Positions 1 to 13,284 of a stretch of DNA of 64,000 nucleotides are shown piece after piece (positions within the stretch are counted from its first letter, which is position 1; each line of letters starts with the position of its first letter). Position numbers and translations under genes: made by a program. The stretch is from Octopus sinensis (Eukaryota): contig NC_043003.1 of NCBI RefSeq assembly GCF_006345805.1, positions 35,340,001 to 35,404,000 on the forward strand, given 5' to 3'. The notes below the pieces were generated by a model, which saw nothing but the letters and a program-made list of their open reading frames with translations, was not told the origin of the DNA and made no database searches.

Positions 1-164
1 GTGTATGTGTTAGTGAGTGTGTGTGGTGTGTGTTTTTATTTTAAGTATTCGATAACGCTGTTCTTTAATTACGGGTCAGCCCTGGTCGAGTAGACCTGTC
101 ACCATAAGCATTCTAGCCATGATACTTTAATTGTGAATACGATAATTAATAACTATTTCCGTTT

Positions 165-480
165 AAAGGCTGTGAGCGGGCAGAATCGTTAGCACGTCGG
201 GCAAAATGCTTAGTGGTATTTCGCCCCTCTTTATGTTCTGAGTTAAAATTACGCCGACATCGCACTTGCCTTTCATCCTTTCTGGATCGATAAAATAACT
301 ACCTCCTGAGCACTGAGGGTAGATGTAATCAAGTATCCCCACCCCCTATAATTTTAGATAATTTCAGACCTATAGTAGTAAGTTACATCCTTCCATTTGT
401 TGAAAACATTAAAATGAGATTTAAGAAAAAATTGGCTGCTATTTCTAACAAATCCGGCGACCAGCAGAACCTCCCTTGCG
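165..480 (+). mobile_element. SINE family A (head aaggc..gagc.ggcagaatcgttagcac)
   Basis: Same head and core (ttctgagttcaaatt..gcc.ttcatcct...gatcgataaaataa) as copies at 14881, 5025(-), 20380(-), 59390(-) and 61955(-). Confidence 0.75.
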
Positions 481-1884
481 TATCCATGTTTTTGTCTATA
501 TAAGTTGCTGGAGTATAGATATCATATGTGTGATAGATATATGTGCATTTTTATTAGTCTGGATTTACGTCTCGCTGTCAGCATGACCCTCAGCGTAGCT
601 GTGTGTATATATGTATGTACGAGTCCTTATGCATATTTGTACCGTTTCATCTCTTCAAAGATTACGTTTGTAATACAAAATGAATCTCGAATATTAAATG
701 TATATGTACGAGTGCGTATGTACGAAAGTCTATGTCTGCATGTATGTATTGATGTATGAATTGATGTATGAATAACTGAATATATATATATATATGTCTG
801 TGTTTATTTTCATTTGTGTGCAATATGTGAAATAGATTGTGTGTGTGTGTGAATGCTTTTGTTTATGACAAAACGTATTTCTATTAACGTTTACGTATTT
901 ATCTATTTGTGTTTTATTCGTTTTCACTTCGTCTGTTTTTATTAGTCTATATGCTTCTGTGTATGCATGAGGGTGAGTGTCTGTCTGCGTGTGCTTGTTC
1001 TTGTTCCTGCATGCGCTCTCGCTCGCGTGTGCGACTGACTTGATTGATTATACTAATAAGAAGAACCTTTTAAGTCGGATTATTGGACAGTCTCCCATGT
1101 GAAGTCGCTGTTATATGGGACGCTCCAGATCCGGGCCAATAGCGGCAACACACAACGGCACCTTGATCAAACAAACCACGTTAAATAATCGTTTGCGAAA
1201 CATAATGAAAGTTATTACGACATCATAGCTGATATCCGTGGGAGGCCGTGGAGTCGTAAGGTCAGCAACTGGAATATATACATATGTATATGTGTGTTCG
1301 TGTGTGTCTGTATGTTCGTGCGTGTGTGTGTGTTTTTGTGAGAGTGCGTATGGTATGTGTGTTTAATTGTATGTATGTGTCTCACATTAAACTTTTATTC
1401 GTGATTTCTTGAACATTTGCAACATTACGTATGTGTGCGTAAATGTGCGTAAGGTCCGTGTTATCGAGTGTAAATATTTGATGTGTAAATATTTGACGTG
1501 TCTACAAGTTTCTATATGTGTGTGTAAGTATGTAGTATTCACGACCATTTTCTCTGAAGATTCGTGTATAGATTCGTGCCTCTGTGTATAGATATATGCG
1601 TTTGTGTTCGCGCGCGTTAATGTGTGTGTTTCAGTTTACAGAATAGATGTGTTGTATTTTACTATTTGTAAATTTACATGTGTATAATTACGCACCTGTG
1701 TGGGATGAGGTGCATTGTATGTGTATGTGTTAGTGAGTGTGTGTGGTGTGTGTTTTTATTTTAAGTATTCGATAACGCTGTTCTTTAATTACGGGTCAGC
1801 CCTGGTCGAGTAGACCTGTCACCATAAGCATTCTAGCCATGATACTTTAATTGTGAATACGTTAATTAATAACTATTTCCGTTT

Positions 1885-2200
1885 AAAGGCTGTGAGCGGG
1901 CAGAATCGTTAGCACGTCGGGCAAAATGCTTAGTGGTATTTCGCCCCTCTTTATGTTCTGAGTTCAAATTACGCCGACATCGCACTTGCCTTTCATCCTT
2001 TCTGGATCGATAAAATAACTACCTCCTGAGCACTGAGGGTAGATGTAATCAAGTATCCCCACCCCCTATAATTTCAGATAATTTCAGACCTATAGTAGTA
2101 AGTAATACATCCTTCCATTTGTTGAAAACATTAAAATGAGATTTAAGAAAAAATTGGCTGCTATTTCTAACAAATCCGGCAACCAGCAGAACCTCCCTTG
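1885..2200 (+). mobile_element. SINE family A (duplicate of the 165-480 copy)
   Basis: Lies inside the tandem duplication and is near-identical to 165-480. Confidence 0.75.
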
Positions 2201-5024
2201 CGTATCCATGTTTTTGTCTATATAAGTTGCTGGAGTATAGATATCATATGTGTGATAGATATATGTGCATTTTTATTAGTCTGGATTTACGTCTCGCTGT
2301 CAGCATGACCCTCAGCGTAGCTGTGTGTATATATGTATGTACGAGTCCTTATGCATATTTGTACCGTTTCATCTCTTCAAAGATTACGTTTGTAATACAA
2401 AATGAATCTCGAATATTAAATGTATATGTACGAGTGCGTATGTACGAAAGTCTATGTCTGCATGTATGTATTGATGTATGAATTGCTGTATGAATAACTG
2501 AATATATATATATATATATATGTCTGTGTTTATTTTCATTTGTGTGCAATATGTGAAATAGATTGTGTGTGTGTGTGAATGCTTTTGTTTATGACAAAAC
2601 GTATTTCTATTAACGTTTACGTATTTATCTATTTGTGTTTTATTCGTTTTCACTTCGTCTGTTTTTATTAGTCTATATGCTTCTGTGTATGCATGAGGGT
2701 GAGTGTCTGTCTGCGTGTGCTTGTTCTTGTTCCTGCATGCGCTCTCGCTCGCGTGTGCGACTGACTTGATTGATTATACTAATAAGAAGAACCTTTTAAG
2801 TCGGATTATTGGACAGTCTCCCATGTGAAGTCGCTGTTATATGGGACGCTCCAGATCCGGGCCAATAGCGGCAACACACAACGGCACCTTGATCAAACAA
2901 ACCACGTTAAATAATCGTTTGCGAAACATAATGAAAGTTATTACGACATCATAGCTGATATCCGTGGGAGGCCGTGGAGTCGTAAGGTCAGCAACTGGAA
3001 TATATACATATGTATATGTGTGTTCGTGTGTGTCTGTATGTTCGTGCGTGTGTGTGTGTTTGTGTGTGTGTGTATGTGTGTAAACACAAAAGGTGGACAT
3101 GTACACAAGTAAACAAATATTAATACAAATATAATTTCGAGAACAAAAAAAATCGTAACTTCACATAGAATGTAAAAAAAAGGCAAAATAATAAAATATA
3201 AGTTCTTCATCACAAAAGAGACAACAACAGTAATTATCTGAATAATAAAGTGCAGCTACGCAGAACGAGGGGTGAACTGTTAGATATCAGAGAATTCACG
3301 ATACAGATTATATTTCCGAACTAGATTATGTTGTTCGTACACGTAGCTAATGCTGTCGGGAAAGACATAAGTAACACATCTGCCAAACTTATCGCTTTAA
3401 ATATAGGAACTTCATAAAAGATTGCTCGAACGAGCTGGATGATTTACCGAAAAATAGCATTTGCTTTTATGCGTGGAATCCTGTATGATATTTTAATTTT
3501 ATTTCAGTGGAATAAAAATGGTGGCGGTGGCATTGCTGCTTTTAGTGAGCTGATATTCACACACGTCACATGAAATTTCCGTTCACGAAATTGAAACAAA
3601 ATAATTCAAGGAAAAGAAAAAAGAAAGAAAGAAAAATTCAAATTTGTTGCAAACCTAATTCCTTTTTAACTTTTCTCTATAGTGGACGAACAGCAATGAC
3701 CACATAAGAAAAATATATCAGATAAGTAAAAGAAAAAAATATTCCTCGTATTTTATAAGGAGAACAAATGGGACGTACTGCTACTATCATCTAGACGAGC
3801 TTACGCAGATATTTTAAACCCCTTACACGCCAGCATTTTCGGTCCTGCATTAATTGAGGAAGGTTTTCAGAGAGGCATCAAGTGTCACTGGTGAGACGAT
3901 CTACATACATTATATTCGGAGGACCAGCTTGAGTACGGCCATACTTTGGTATCCATAGCAGTAGGTCAGTTACCAGCTCTTGTTTAGTTCATCAGAAATG
4001 TCCCACAAAGCGCAACTGTCTTTCTCTTATGATGATAGAAACAGACAGGACATACTGACACTCATATCTTTATATCAGATATTTACCATTTAAGCAATGT
4101 GTTGACTTCTGTTGAGTTACATCGAACACAACTATAGAAACCTTATATATACAGTGAATTATAGTACTGCGTGGTATTGTTCTATCACTATTTCTTTCAT
4201 ATTGATAACAACTGAGATCACTTCCCCGCACAAGAACACTCTTGATTCAATCACTTAATGACCTTTAAATCACCAAAAAGTACTAGGAAATTTTGTTTCG
4301 GACTCTCAGCCTTAGGTTTGGTGAAGAAAGGCATTATAAAACAGAACACACTACTTAATCTTATCGTCCTTTGAAGACTGGGAGATAAAACTGTCCTCGG
4401 TGAAATTTCATCCACAACGTTACTTGTAAGAATTAAATTCACAAGTGACGCAGTCTACCTAAATGATGTGAAATATCTATAAAGCTATATTCGAAGAACG
4501 AGGAATTGTATAAGCATACCAAAAGCACAGAATGAACATTTTTGTAAAGAGAAGGGAATAGTCAATTGAAATTATCCAATTAATTAGCAGTTACTTATTT
4601 TATTTACTTTAAAGGTATAAAAAGAAACTTCGTTGCTTTAAAATATCGATAGTAATCAAAGGATAAAACAAACATAATAAAAACACAAAAACAAAAAGAA
4701 AGAATATTCATCTGTGGTGTCGTTCAACCATATTTAAGAAACAACATAGACTATAAAATAAATATTTGGCTTTATTACACTGATATAAGGGCCTAGGTCT
4801 CATATTTTAACTGTAATGTTATATATTCATAACAGTAACTTTATTTAGCGCAAGATTTCATATGCTTCGGAAAGTCTTGTAGAATATATTTCTACACAAA
4901 TTGTATTTTATTGACCTGAAAGAAAATAGTTTCAGAAGACAGAGTAGGATCATTGGACTTTGAACTCAAAGTTTAGTGGGATGTAATTAAATATTGTGAA
5001 GATATCATAATGGTTTCAAATTTT

Positions 5025-5200
5025 GGTAGAAGGATAGCAAATTCGACCCCATTGTTCAACTGTAATTTTTTTATCGACCTTCAAAGGATAAAAGACAAAG
5101 TCGACCTCGGTGGAATTTGAACTCAGAACATAAAGCTGGACGAAATATTGCTAAATATTTTGTCCAGCGTTCTAATGATTGTGCCAGCTCACTGCTTTAT
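5025..5200 (-). mobile_element. SINE family A
   Basis: aaagtcgacctcggtggaatttgaactcagaac is the reverse complement of the family A core seen at 14950-14990. Confidence 0.75.
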
Positions 5201-5609
5201 ATAATAAGGATAATAATGTTCTCGATTTTAGCTGTATAATTTTAAGGAAAACTTATTGTCAATTCGTTCGATATAGTACTTGCATATTAGGTATTTTATG
5301 GACCACGTTAGAGATGAATTAAATGTTGTTGTCTTGTAATGTCCTTGGGTCATTGAAGGGTAACATTACCTGGGATTTGAAATACAAGTTCTTCTATAAA
5401 GTAAATATTCGGTGACCTACATCATCATGATTTCAGATATTATGCAAAGCAGTTTCACTTTTGAATACACCGCATGCGTCTATTTAGGTGGACACATTAG
5501 TAAATGTAGTTATATATACACACACACACAAAGACATACAATATATATACTATGCCTTGCCTTAATGTTTGTTGTCCTCTTTAACAATTACCAAAGGTCC
5601 AATCTTCTC

Positions 5610-5850
5610 CATGGAGGATACGCACCTAATGATATAATAGATTGGGATTCAAGGAACCACAACATTTTAATGCCTTACATCAGGTATCTGCAAGATGTAG
5701 CCGATGGAAGTCTTCAAAGAACGTCTAGACAGGTTTTATCTGCAATTCCGGATGAACCCACATCGCAGCAGAGGAACAAAGAAGAGCGGCAACGTCCAAC
5801 TCGCCCCTTCACCAAAAGCAGTACTGGAAAAATCCCCGAACGCGGTAAAA
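5610..5850 (+). mobile_element. CR1-like LINE ORF2 3' remnant
   Basis: Frameshifted peptides LGFKEPQHFNAL / EVFKERLDRF / SAIPDEPT match the C-terminal pattern also seen at 56400-56830(-). Confidence 0.65.
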
Positions 5851-5914
5851 GCGGTGCACTAGCACGACCTCAGAGTCTGGCTGAAACCCATAAAAGATAA
5901 AAGATATTTATGAG

Positions 5915-6303
5915 TGGCTGAGTGGTAAGTAGCTTGCTAACCAACCACATTGTTCCGGGTTCAGTCCCACTGCGTGACATCTTGGGCAAGTGTCTTCTGC
6001 TATAGCCTCGGGCCGACCAAAGCCTTGTGAGTGGATTTGGTAGACGGAAACTGAAAGAAGCCTGTCGTATATATGTATATATAAGTGTGTGTTTGTGTGT
6101 CTGTGTTTGTCCTCCTAGCATTGCTTGACAACCGATGCTGGTGTGTTTATGTACCCGTCACTTAGCGGTTCGGCAAAAGAGACCGATAGAATAAGTACTG
6201 GGCTTACAAAGAATATGTCTCGGGGTCGATTTGCTCGACTAAAGGCGGTGCTCCAGCATGGCCGCAGTCAACTGACTGAAACAAGTAAAAGAGTAAAAGA
6301 GTA
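5915..6303 (+). mobile_element. SINE family B (tRNA-like head, internal TA/TG microsatellite, gtaaaaga-repeat tail)
   Basis: gtggctgagtggtaagtagcttg...ggttcagtcccactgcg head; shared core ggccgaccaaagccttgtgagtgg; tail gaaacaagtaaaagagtaaaagag. Homologues at 24338, 49832, 56985 and 19900(-). Confidence 0.85.
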
Positions 6304-8629
6304 TATGGTTAAAGAGATAACGTGCTTGACACGTGTGCTAGGTCTTGCTTACCGTTTTGTTCGAACATAGTGGTCCTGAGGCTAAACACTAAGATCAATA
6401 CTTCTGTAGGTTTAACTTGTAACGGAGGACATTTCGAGTGCTTGTGTTTATATAATTTGTTTCAGAAGTGTGTCAACGTATCTTGAACTCGGGGCGTTTG
6501 AATATACACCGTCATACTCAGAAAGATTGTAACTGAATCTTACAATTCTACGTTTATTGAGTAAACGTCTTTATGTTGACCTATGCTTCGTTGATAAGTT
6601 CCGAAAGTACCAACACACGCCTCTTGTTGTCACCGTGCCAACTAATAAGAGTCAGCCATGATCGTTAAATATTTTGAATAAATTCATAATTTGCTAAAAT
6701 TATTTCCCTTATACTTTCTGAGTCGCTAATGACTGCTATTAGACATCATCTTCTTTCCCCAAATAAAAGAGAAAAAACTAAATTCATTAAGAATTTTTGG
6801 CGAACGTCATTCAGTACATACGTATATACTTCATTTATTTCAGTCTATGACACTGATATATTTGAGTTATTTCCCTTCCCTTATTTTCTGTTTTTGATAA
6901 TACATATTTTAATGTTTGCATACTAACAAATTACTGTCTGCGCTCATTATGGAAATTTCAATCAGAACGTCTGCGTTTGATGTGTAATATTTTTTCCTTC
7001 ATATATATATTTCCTGCTTTTGTTTTCTAACATTAACTCTAATACAGCAGTAGGAACTACATACAAATCATCGTCACTCAGGATAATTGTCTGATTGCAC
7101 ATAATTAATCAGAAGAAAAAAGGGTTTTATTGGAAAATATAAATATATGTAAGCTCCATTAATATGTTATTTTTTTGCCAACGTGAAAGGAATGTATACA
7201 TACATGCATATGCGTGTGTGCATATATATATATATACTTATTAGTATATATGTATGTTTAATCTATGTGTGCGTGTGTTATACAGGCACTCACACATATA
7301 TGTACATGTATATGCACACACACACACACACACACACGCACACATATATGAATGTATATATTAATGTACGTACACGCACATATATAAATATATACACACT
7401 CAATGATGTATATCATGGTATTCTAACTTTTGCGAGAGAGAAATGAAAAATAATTTTCCTTGTGTTAGTTTGGATAATTCAGCCGGATACATATATGTGA
7501 AAAGTTACCGAAGCTGTTTGGAATAGTTTAGAGGAGCAATTAGCTTCATCTTATGCCGTGTACTAGATATTTAATACATGGGTGAGACTACACGCTGGTG
7601 TACATATTTTGTACATAGATGCATGCATACAGAACATATAAAGCCAATTCGTATCTTTAATGAAAGGCGTACATTTAATGCAGATGTGGAGAAACTTTGG
7701 TGTAGGTTGCTAATGGGAAAATCAAAAGCACGAGTGCTCAAAAACTTAACAAATCTTTAATTTTATTAATTTAGAAATACTTAATGTATACTATTTAATA
7801 ATCGTTATCATCTTAAGATTAAAATCTATGAAACCTTTATTAGGAGGTCACTGCAGATTTGAATGCGGAGAAAGTTTTGCATGAGGAAGGGGTTCAGCAT
7901 CTCTAGTTTGGCGAGAAGACTAAATTTTAGTCTTGTCTTACTAAAAAAATATGCTGTAGTAAATAGGCTTTAATGCAGCTCGGAATACCAGACTTGCTTC
8001 CTTTTAACGGACTGTATTGTTATTGGTGGAAAACAGCCATTTCCAGTTACAACATTAGAAGTACCCATCAGTCGTGGGTATTACTATTAAAATCTTCTGT
8101 ATAGATCGCACTAAAATTGAGTTCATTACTAATCCTTTCAGAATCGTTGAAATAAAGCACCATTGAAATAAAGGAGCCAATATATTTAATCCTACCTCTT
8201 CATACCAAAATATCGAGTCTCCCTATGTAAGAAATTTATGTTAGTAAGAATGTCTTAGGGAAATGGATTAACAAAATCGTAAAAGTGTTGTACAAAAAAA
8301 TAGTTAAGGGCCTTTACGTTGAGGTTAACTTTGATTTCACATTCCCGTAGTCAATAAAATAAAGTATCATTGAAGCACTAGTGTCGATATCATAATTCAT
8401 TATGTCTCTGGGACAAATTTGCGGTTTAGTATTGTATGATAACCGGAAATAGTATTAATGGTTGAGTTAAGGCAGTGAAGTGGCACAATCGTTAGCCTGT
8501 CCCACAAAATGTTTAGCAGCGTTTGTTGTGGTTTTACCTTTCTGATGAAATACGCACCGTCATGTTCGGAGAAATGAGGAGAAATAAAAAAGAAAAGTGT
8601 GAATGGTCAAAGAAGGTAAGTATATGATG

Positions 8630-8770
8630 AAGGCCATCTTGGTTAATAGACAACAAAAGCTTAGGACGGAAACATTGGATCTCCTGACAAAAATGCGCAG
8701 CAGTATTAGTTCTGGACGCCCGGCACCCTGGGATCAAATCGAGCTGGCATCTACTTTGTGTTTCATTCTT
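8630..8770 (+). mobile_element. Highly degraded LINE reverse-transcriptase remnant (CR1-like)
   Basis: LVNRQQK...SSG.P plus frameshifted GTLG...FILY resembles the RT motif L.NR.Q.V...SGVPQGTVLGP.LF..Y; weak, by-eye alignment only. Confidence 0.3.
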
Positions 8771-9154
8771 TACGGCTTGATAGACAAATTATCAGTTCTA
8801 GGTGGCAGAATTGTTAGCATTCCCGACTAGATGCTTTGTTTGTCAACTCTGGCTCTGTTATGATGCTGGCATCAAGCTGCAGTGTCCGTTTTCTTCTTCT
8901 CTTCATTAACAGGTGGAGCGAAGAGAGAAAACGCAGAAGCATGTCTTGCATAAAAAAATCCATACACTCACACGAGAAGTAGGAGTCGTCCTGATATACT
9001 GAAATAAGAGAATAGCTTGAAACATCTAAAATGACCAGAAAAAGGAAGCGCACATACTACAATGGTATATATGTTGTCACACATATATTCATATACATGA
9101 ACAAAAATATATACACATACACATATTTATATACACGCACAAAATATATACACA

Positions 9155-9157
<3 letters not shown>

Positions 9158-9242
<85 letters not shown>
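9158..9242. repeat. Pure (TA)n microsatellite, ~42 units
   Basis: Uninterrupted TA run read directly. Confidence 0.95.
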
Positions 9243-9246
<4 letters not shown>

Positions 9247-10427
9247 GTCTAAATAGTGGGACAAAAATAAAATCAAGAAATACATATTAAAATAAATGTG
9301 GATAAGTTCGTATTCCAAGAGATTAGCAGTATGAAGTTTCAGGAATGACCCTTTAATCCGAAATAAAAGTGGAGACGATATAACTAAAGGGTTTAAGTCG
9401 AACGGAGGACATATAAAATCAAAGTGAGAGTGAGAAAAGAGAGAGAGAGAGAAAGACAGACAGACAGAGAGATAGAGAGAGAGAGAGCGAGAGAGAGAGT
9501 AAGAGAGAGAAAGAGAGAAAAAGTGAAAGAGTGGGGAGTAATAAACGTTGTTGATATAGCTAATGTACTTCGAAAAGTAAGGGATAAATTAATTTTAAAA
9601 TTGGTCCATATGGCAGGGTGAACACCTATTTTATGATCATTTACTTTGTTGTTTTCTACACATCAATAATGATTAAAACTGACACTTTTATTTAATTAAA
9701 TAAATAAGTATAGATATTTAAGTAGCTGTGGGTTTTTTTCATTCACGACAAAATAAACAAGAAATTAAATATGAATGTATAGTTCAATTTTAATAATTAT
9801 TGCTACAAAGTAAATCACAAAAATTTTCTGTGATTCGGAATAAAATAAAACAGATGAACCAATTAAATGTGAAAATAAGAATCCTCGTCACTATTCATTA
9901 TAAGCTCATTAAAAACTGTCGGTGGTCACTTTTTATGTTCTCCCATGAGGGCAATGCAAGACGTCCAAGTGCCAACTCACCCATACACACAAAGAGCTGA
10001 TATAGTTTGAACGGGGAAGGAATTTTCCCGTATGTATTAGAAGTTTAAACATTCTGTTTTTGCATTGTCCTATATCTAGAGGTCAGTAGACAAAATAACA
10101 ATGTACTGTTTGTATGTTTGGGGCAATATTACATAGAATTGCATGTGAGACTGTAGGTATATATTCATTACAAATATATCACTCTGTGTGAGGGCAGGGA
10201 GGGAATGTGCGCGCGTTTGGAGATATTGACTGGTGGCGAAAATATACATGCATGGAAGGTAATGGGACGAAGGGTGATATTGATAGATGATCCGTAGCCG
10301 GAAAAGAATTGCATATTAATGCCTATAGATGATCTAGCGACAGGAGTGAAGAATATTTACGCATATAACAATACAGTGTTACGATGTAGACATAAGCAGT
10401 GTCTTTAATATTTTTGTACGGTCAAGG

Positions 10428-10535
10428 GAGCAGGTTGGCAGAGGGGTAAGAGCGTTAGATAGAATGCCTCATGGTATTTGTTCCGGTTTTCTGCTCCCTG
10501 AGTTCAAACCCTACCGAGGTCAGTTGTCCCTCAGT
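10428..10535 (+). mobile_element. Degenerate SINE family A head
   Basis: ttggcaga...gcgttag...ctgagttcaaaccctaccgaggtc resembles the family A 5' half. Confidence 0.5.
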
Positions 10536-10536
10536 G

Positions 10537-10642
10537 TTTCTTCTTCTTCTTCTTCTTCTTCTTCTTCTTCTTCTTCTTCTTCTTCTTCTTCTTCTTCTTC
10601 TTCTTCTTCTTCTTCTTCTTCTTCGTCTTCGTCTTCTTCTTC
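10537..10642. repeat. (TTC)n/(GAA)n triplet array, ~35 units with two CGT interruptions
   Basis: Read directly; it is the source of the poly-R/S/L ORFs. Confidence 0.95.
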
Positions 10643-11139
10643 TCTCCCTCTTTCCCACTCTCCGGAATAAAACTTGCCATGGCAGGACCAAGAGAGCGAT
10701 GCGTTTCTCAGTTATTCAATTTCTAAGACACTCCATAATCACGACAGCGCCAAAACGTATCCATCAGAAGATGAGAGCCTAGGGCAAAGGAAGAAATAAC
10801 GACTCCGTTCCAATTCGTTTGGCTTCGCTTTTCCATTTCGCGACAACAACAGTGCATATAAAAGCTACGAAATCTCTAATTATAATATGTCTTTCACTGA
10901 TGAACACAGTGTAAGGCGTAAACTTAAGCTTAGCTCTAGGTGTCCAACATATATTTATTTATTTTAATAAGTAACTTGTGATATGTTTTTCGATTTACTG
11001 TTATTTATATTATTTATGATCTAACTTCTATATATATTTTTTTATTAGAATGTATTGATCAACTTCGTAAACTAAAACATGAAAAAACATCGTGATGCAT
11101 TTTATAATCTGAGCACCACACTCACCCATCCACACACAC

Positions 11140-11189
11140 ACACACTCGCACGTACACACATATATATATTTATATATATACAATTATGC

Positions 11190-11226
<37 letters not shown>

Positions 11227-11401
11227 AATATGTCTGTGTGTGTGTGTGTGTATGCGTGTATATACTCACATAAATACATACATTCAAATCATACAGATAC
11301 ATGTATCTGCATATGTATATATATATATATACATGTATATATATATATACATGTATATGTATACATATATATATATACATATATATATATAATATATATG
11401 C

Positions 11402-11447
<46 letters not shown>

Positions 11448-11478
11448 GGATATATATATACCCTAAATATAACTTATA

Positions 11479-11532
<54 letters not shown>

Positions 11533-11585
11533 TATATTCATATATATAATATATGTATGTGTGTGTGTGCTTGTGTGTGTGTATG
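11140..11585. repeat. Compound (CA)/(TA)/(TG) microsatellite field
   Basis: Read directly. Confidence 0.9.
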
Positions 11586-12099
11586 TATTTGAATGATTCT
11601 CTTTATGGAGCTATACGACGCTTTCACTCTTCCATTCCACTTTGCTAACTCAAACGAACACGTTCATACACGCTTCACTCGCATATAAATATACGGCCAC
11701 AGACATACGTGTGTACATAATTTTTTTCCTGTCTATAGGAACATTTACTACACTTATCAAGTATATATGGTAGTCTCCCCGATGGTCAGCGTATTTTTAG
11801 CGAGAGAAATAAACATTTTTTTTTTTTTACATGATTTGCTGACACGATGCTATTCTTCTAAATATTATTTAGTATTTCTGCTACTATTTAAGTTTATATG
11901 TGTAGCACCGGTTTGCATTTTATCAATAGCAGTAAAAATCATATGCACAGATAAAAGGAAAACAGTCTTTTAAAGTTGTTTTCATGCTAATAATAAATAA
12001 GGCGGATTTATAAGTAAATTAGGCGTAATAGAGAAAGCGACAACAATTTTTAATGGGAAAAAGGCCAATTATTTATTTACTTGATATTGTTATTGTCAT

Positions 12100-12135
12100 T
12101 ACTGTTTATTATTATTACCATTATTATTATTATTA

Positions 12136-12180
<45 letters not shown>

Positions 12181-12200
12181 CATCATCATCATCATCATCA
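12100..12200. repeat. Compound (ATT)n-(ATC)n microsatellite
   Basis: Read directly. Confidence 0.9.
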
Positions 12201-12841
12201 TCGAAAATATGTATATGTGTATCATTCATTGACAGCAACCTAATTTCAGCTCAGAACAAAGTGGAAAGCGTATGAAATCTTTACCATTCGTGCTACTATC
12301 ATTTATGTGCAGTAGACTTATATATGATCTTGCACGCAGAAATACGACAAAACATGGGCATAAATTTGTACACATTTATACCAACACGCAAACAAATATA
12401 TACATATCTATACACTTCCACCTAATCACATACTCATACGTAGTTATATATATATATATATATATATATGTGCAAATATGTTTGCATATATACATTACAA
12501 GCACATATACTTGCGTATATACAAACACGAGGAGCGCTAGTGTAATATTCCCATTAAAATTTCTAACAAGTGCAGTCGAAATGGGCTTCATACAGTGTTT
12601 GTGGATATGATTATAAACTCCATGTACAACTGGTTGCAATCATAGTCCTGCAGTTATGCACATCACATTAAAAATCAGAGAGATGGATAATATTAGTAGA
12701 CTTCCATTTCGAAACCTGAATAATCTCCAACGCGTTCGTGAATTCACTGATTTCACATTTGTATAAAAGGATTCCTTGTGTACTTAACTTAGCCGTGTTA
12801 GCAAATGTTTAACTAATAGTTTGGTAAAATATATATATATA

Positions 12842-12910
<69 letters not shown>

Positions 12911-13097
12911 GACAGATAGTCGCCCTGATAGATCGTTAGCCAGTACACACATTTTTTCTCTCCTTGTTTCTCTCCTTGTGTTTTCTGTGTTCCTTTCTGT
13001 AGAAGAGCGTAGGCTCCAAACGTAAAAGACTTTTTCTATTTCTGAGCGTTATACTATTACATCTGTTTGTTTTGTACACCACCTGTCTTCGTCTCCC
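12911..13097 (+). mobile_element. Probable solo Penelope-like pseudo-LTR fragment inserted in (TA)n, with a degenerate minimal hammerhead motif
   Basis: Unique 187-bp segment with TA arrays on both sides; contains gaaga-gc-gtag-gctc-caaACGTa (stem II GAGC/GCTC, palindromic ACGT). Family assignment is from recall of octopus repeats. Confidence 0.5.
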
Positions 13098-13284
13098 TAT
13101 ATATATATATACATATATATATATAGTTTTTCTATTATTTGGCGTAATGACTCTCCCCAGTTGTAACAGTATATATATACATATATACATTCGACTAAAG
13201 GCACTGCTCCACCATGCCCACAGTCAAATGACCGAAACAAGTAAAAGAATAAAAGAAAAAATAGATAAATAGATAAATATATAC

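Larger units (their letters stand above)
1..3060. repeat. Tandem duplication, period ~1720-1726 bp (copy 1 visible 1-~1333, probably starting before the window; copy 2 1721-~3060)
   Basis: Position 1 (gtgtatgtgttagtgagtgt...) recurs at 1721; ORFs 505..759 and 2227..2481 are identical. About 5 substitutions, one 2-bp indel and a TA-length difference; homology ends in a (GT)n tract at ~1333/3060. Confidence 0.95.

Noticed and set aside
2837-3106. Minus-strand ORF segment YDVVITFIMFRKRLFNVVCLIKVPLCV resembling the pre-M1 region of nicotinic-type Cys-loop receptors
   Set aside because: No loop-C context upstream, no full M1 helix, a stop 12 codons later and no other receptor segments nearby; treated as chance similarity.
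7950-8230. Minus-strand TEDFNSNTHD*W resembling a LINE AP-endonuclease GDFN motif
   Set aside because: A single weak motif among stops; not enough to call.
10895-10935. CTGATGA followed by AAACTTAAG, hammerhead-like
   Set aside because: G12 is missing and no stem I complement exists.
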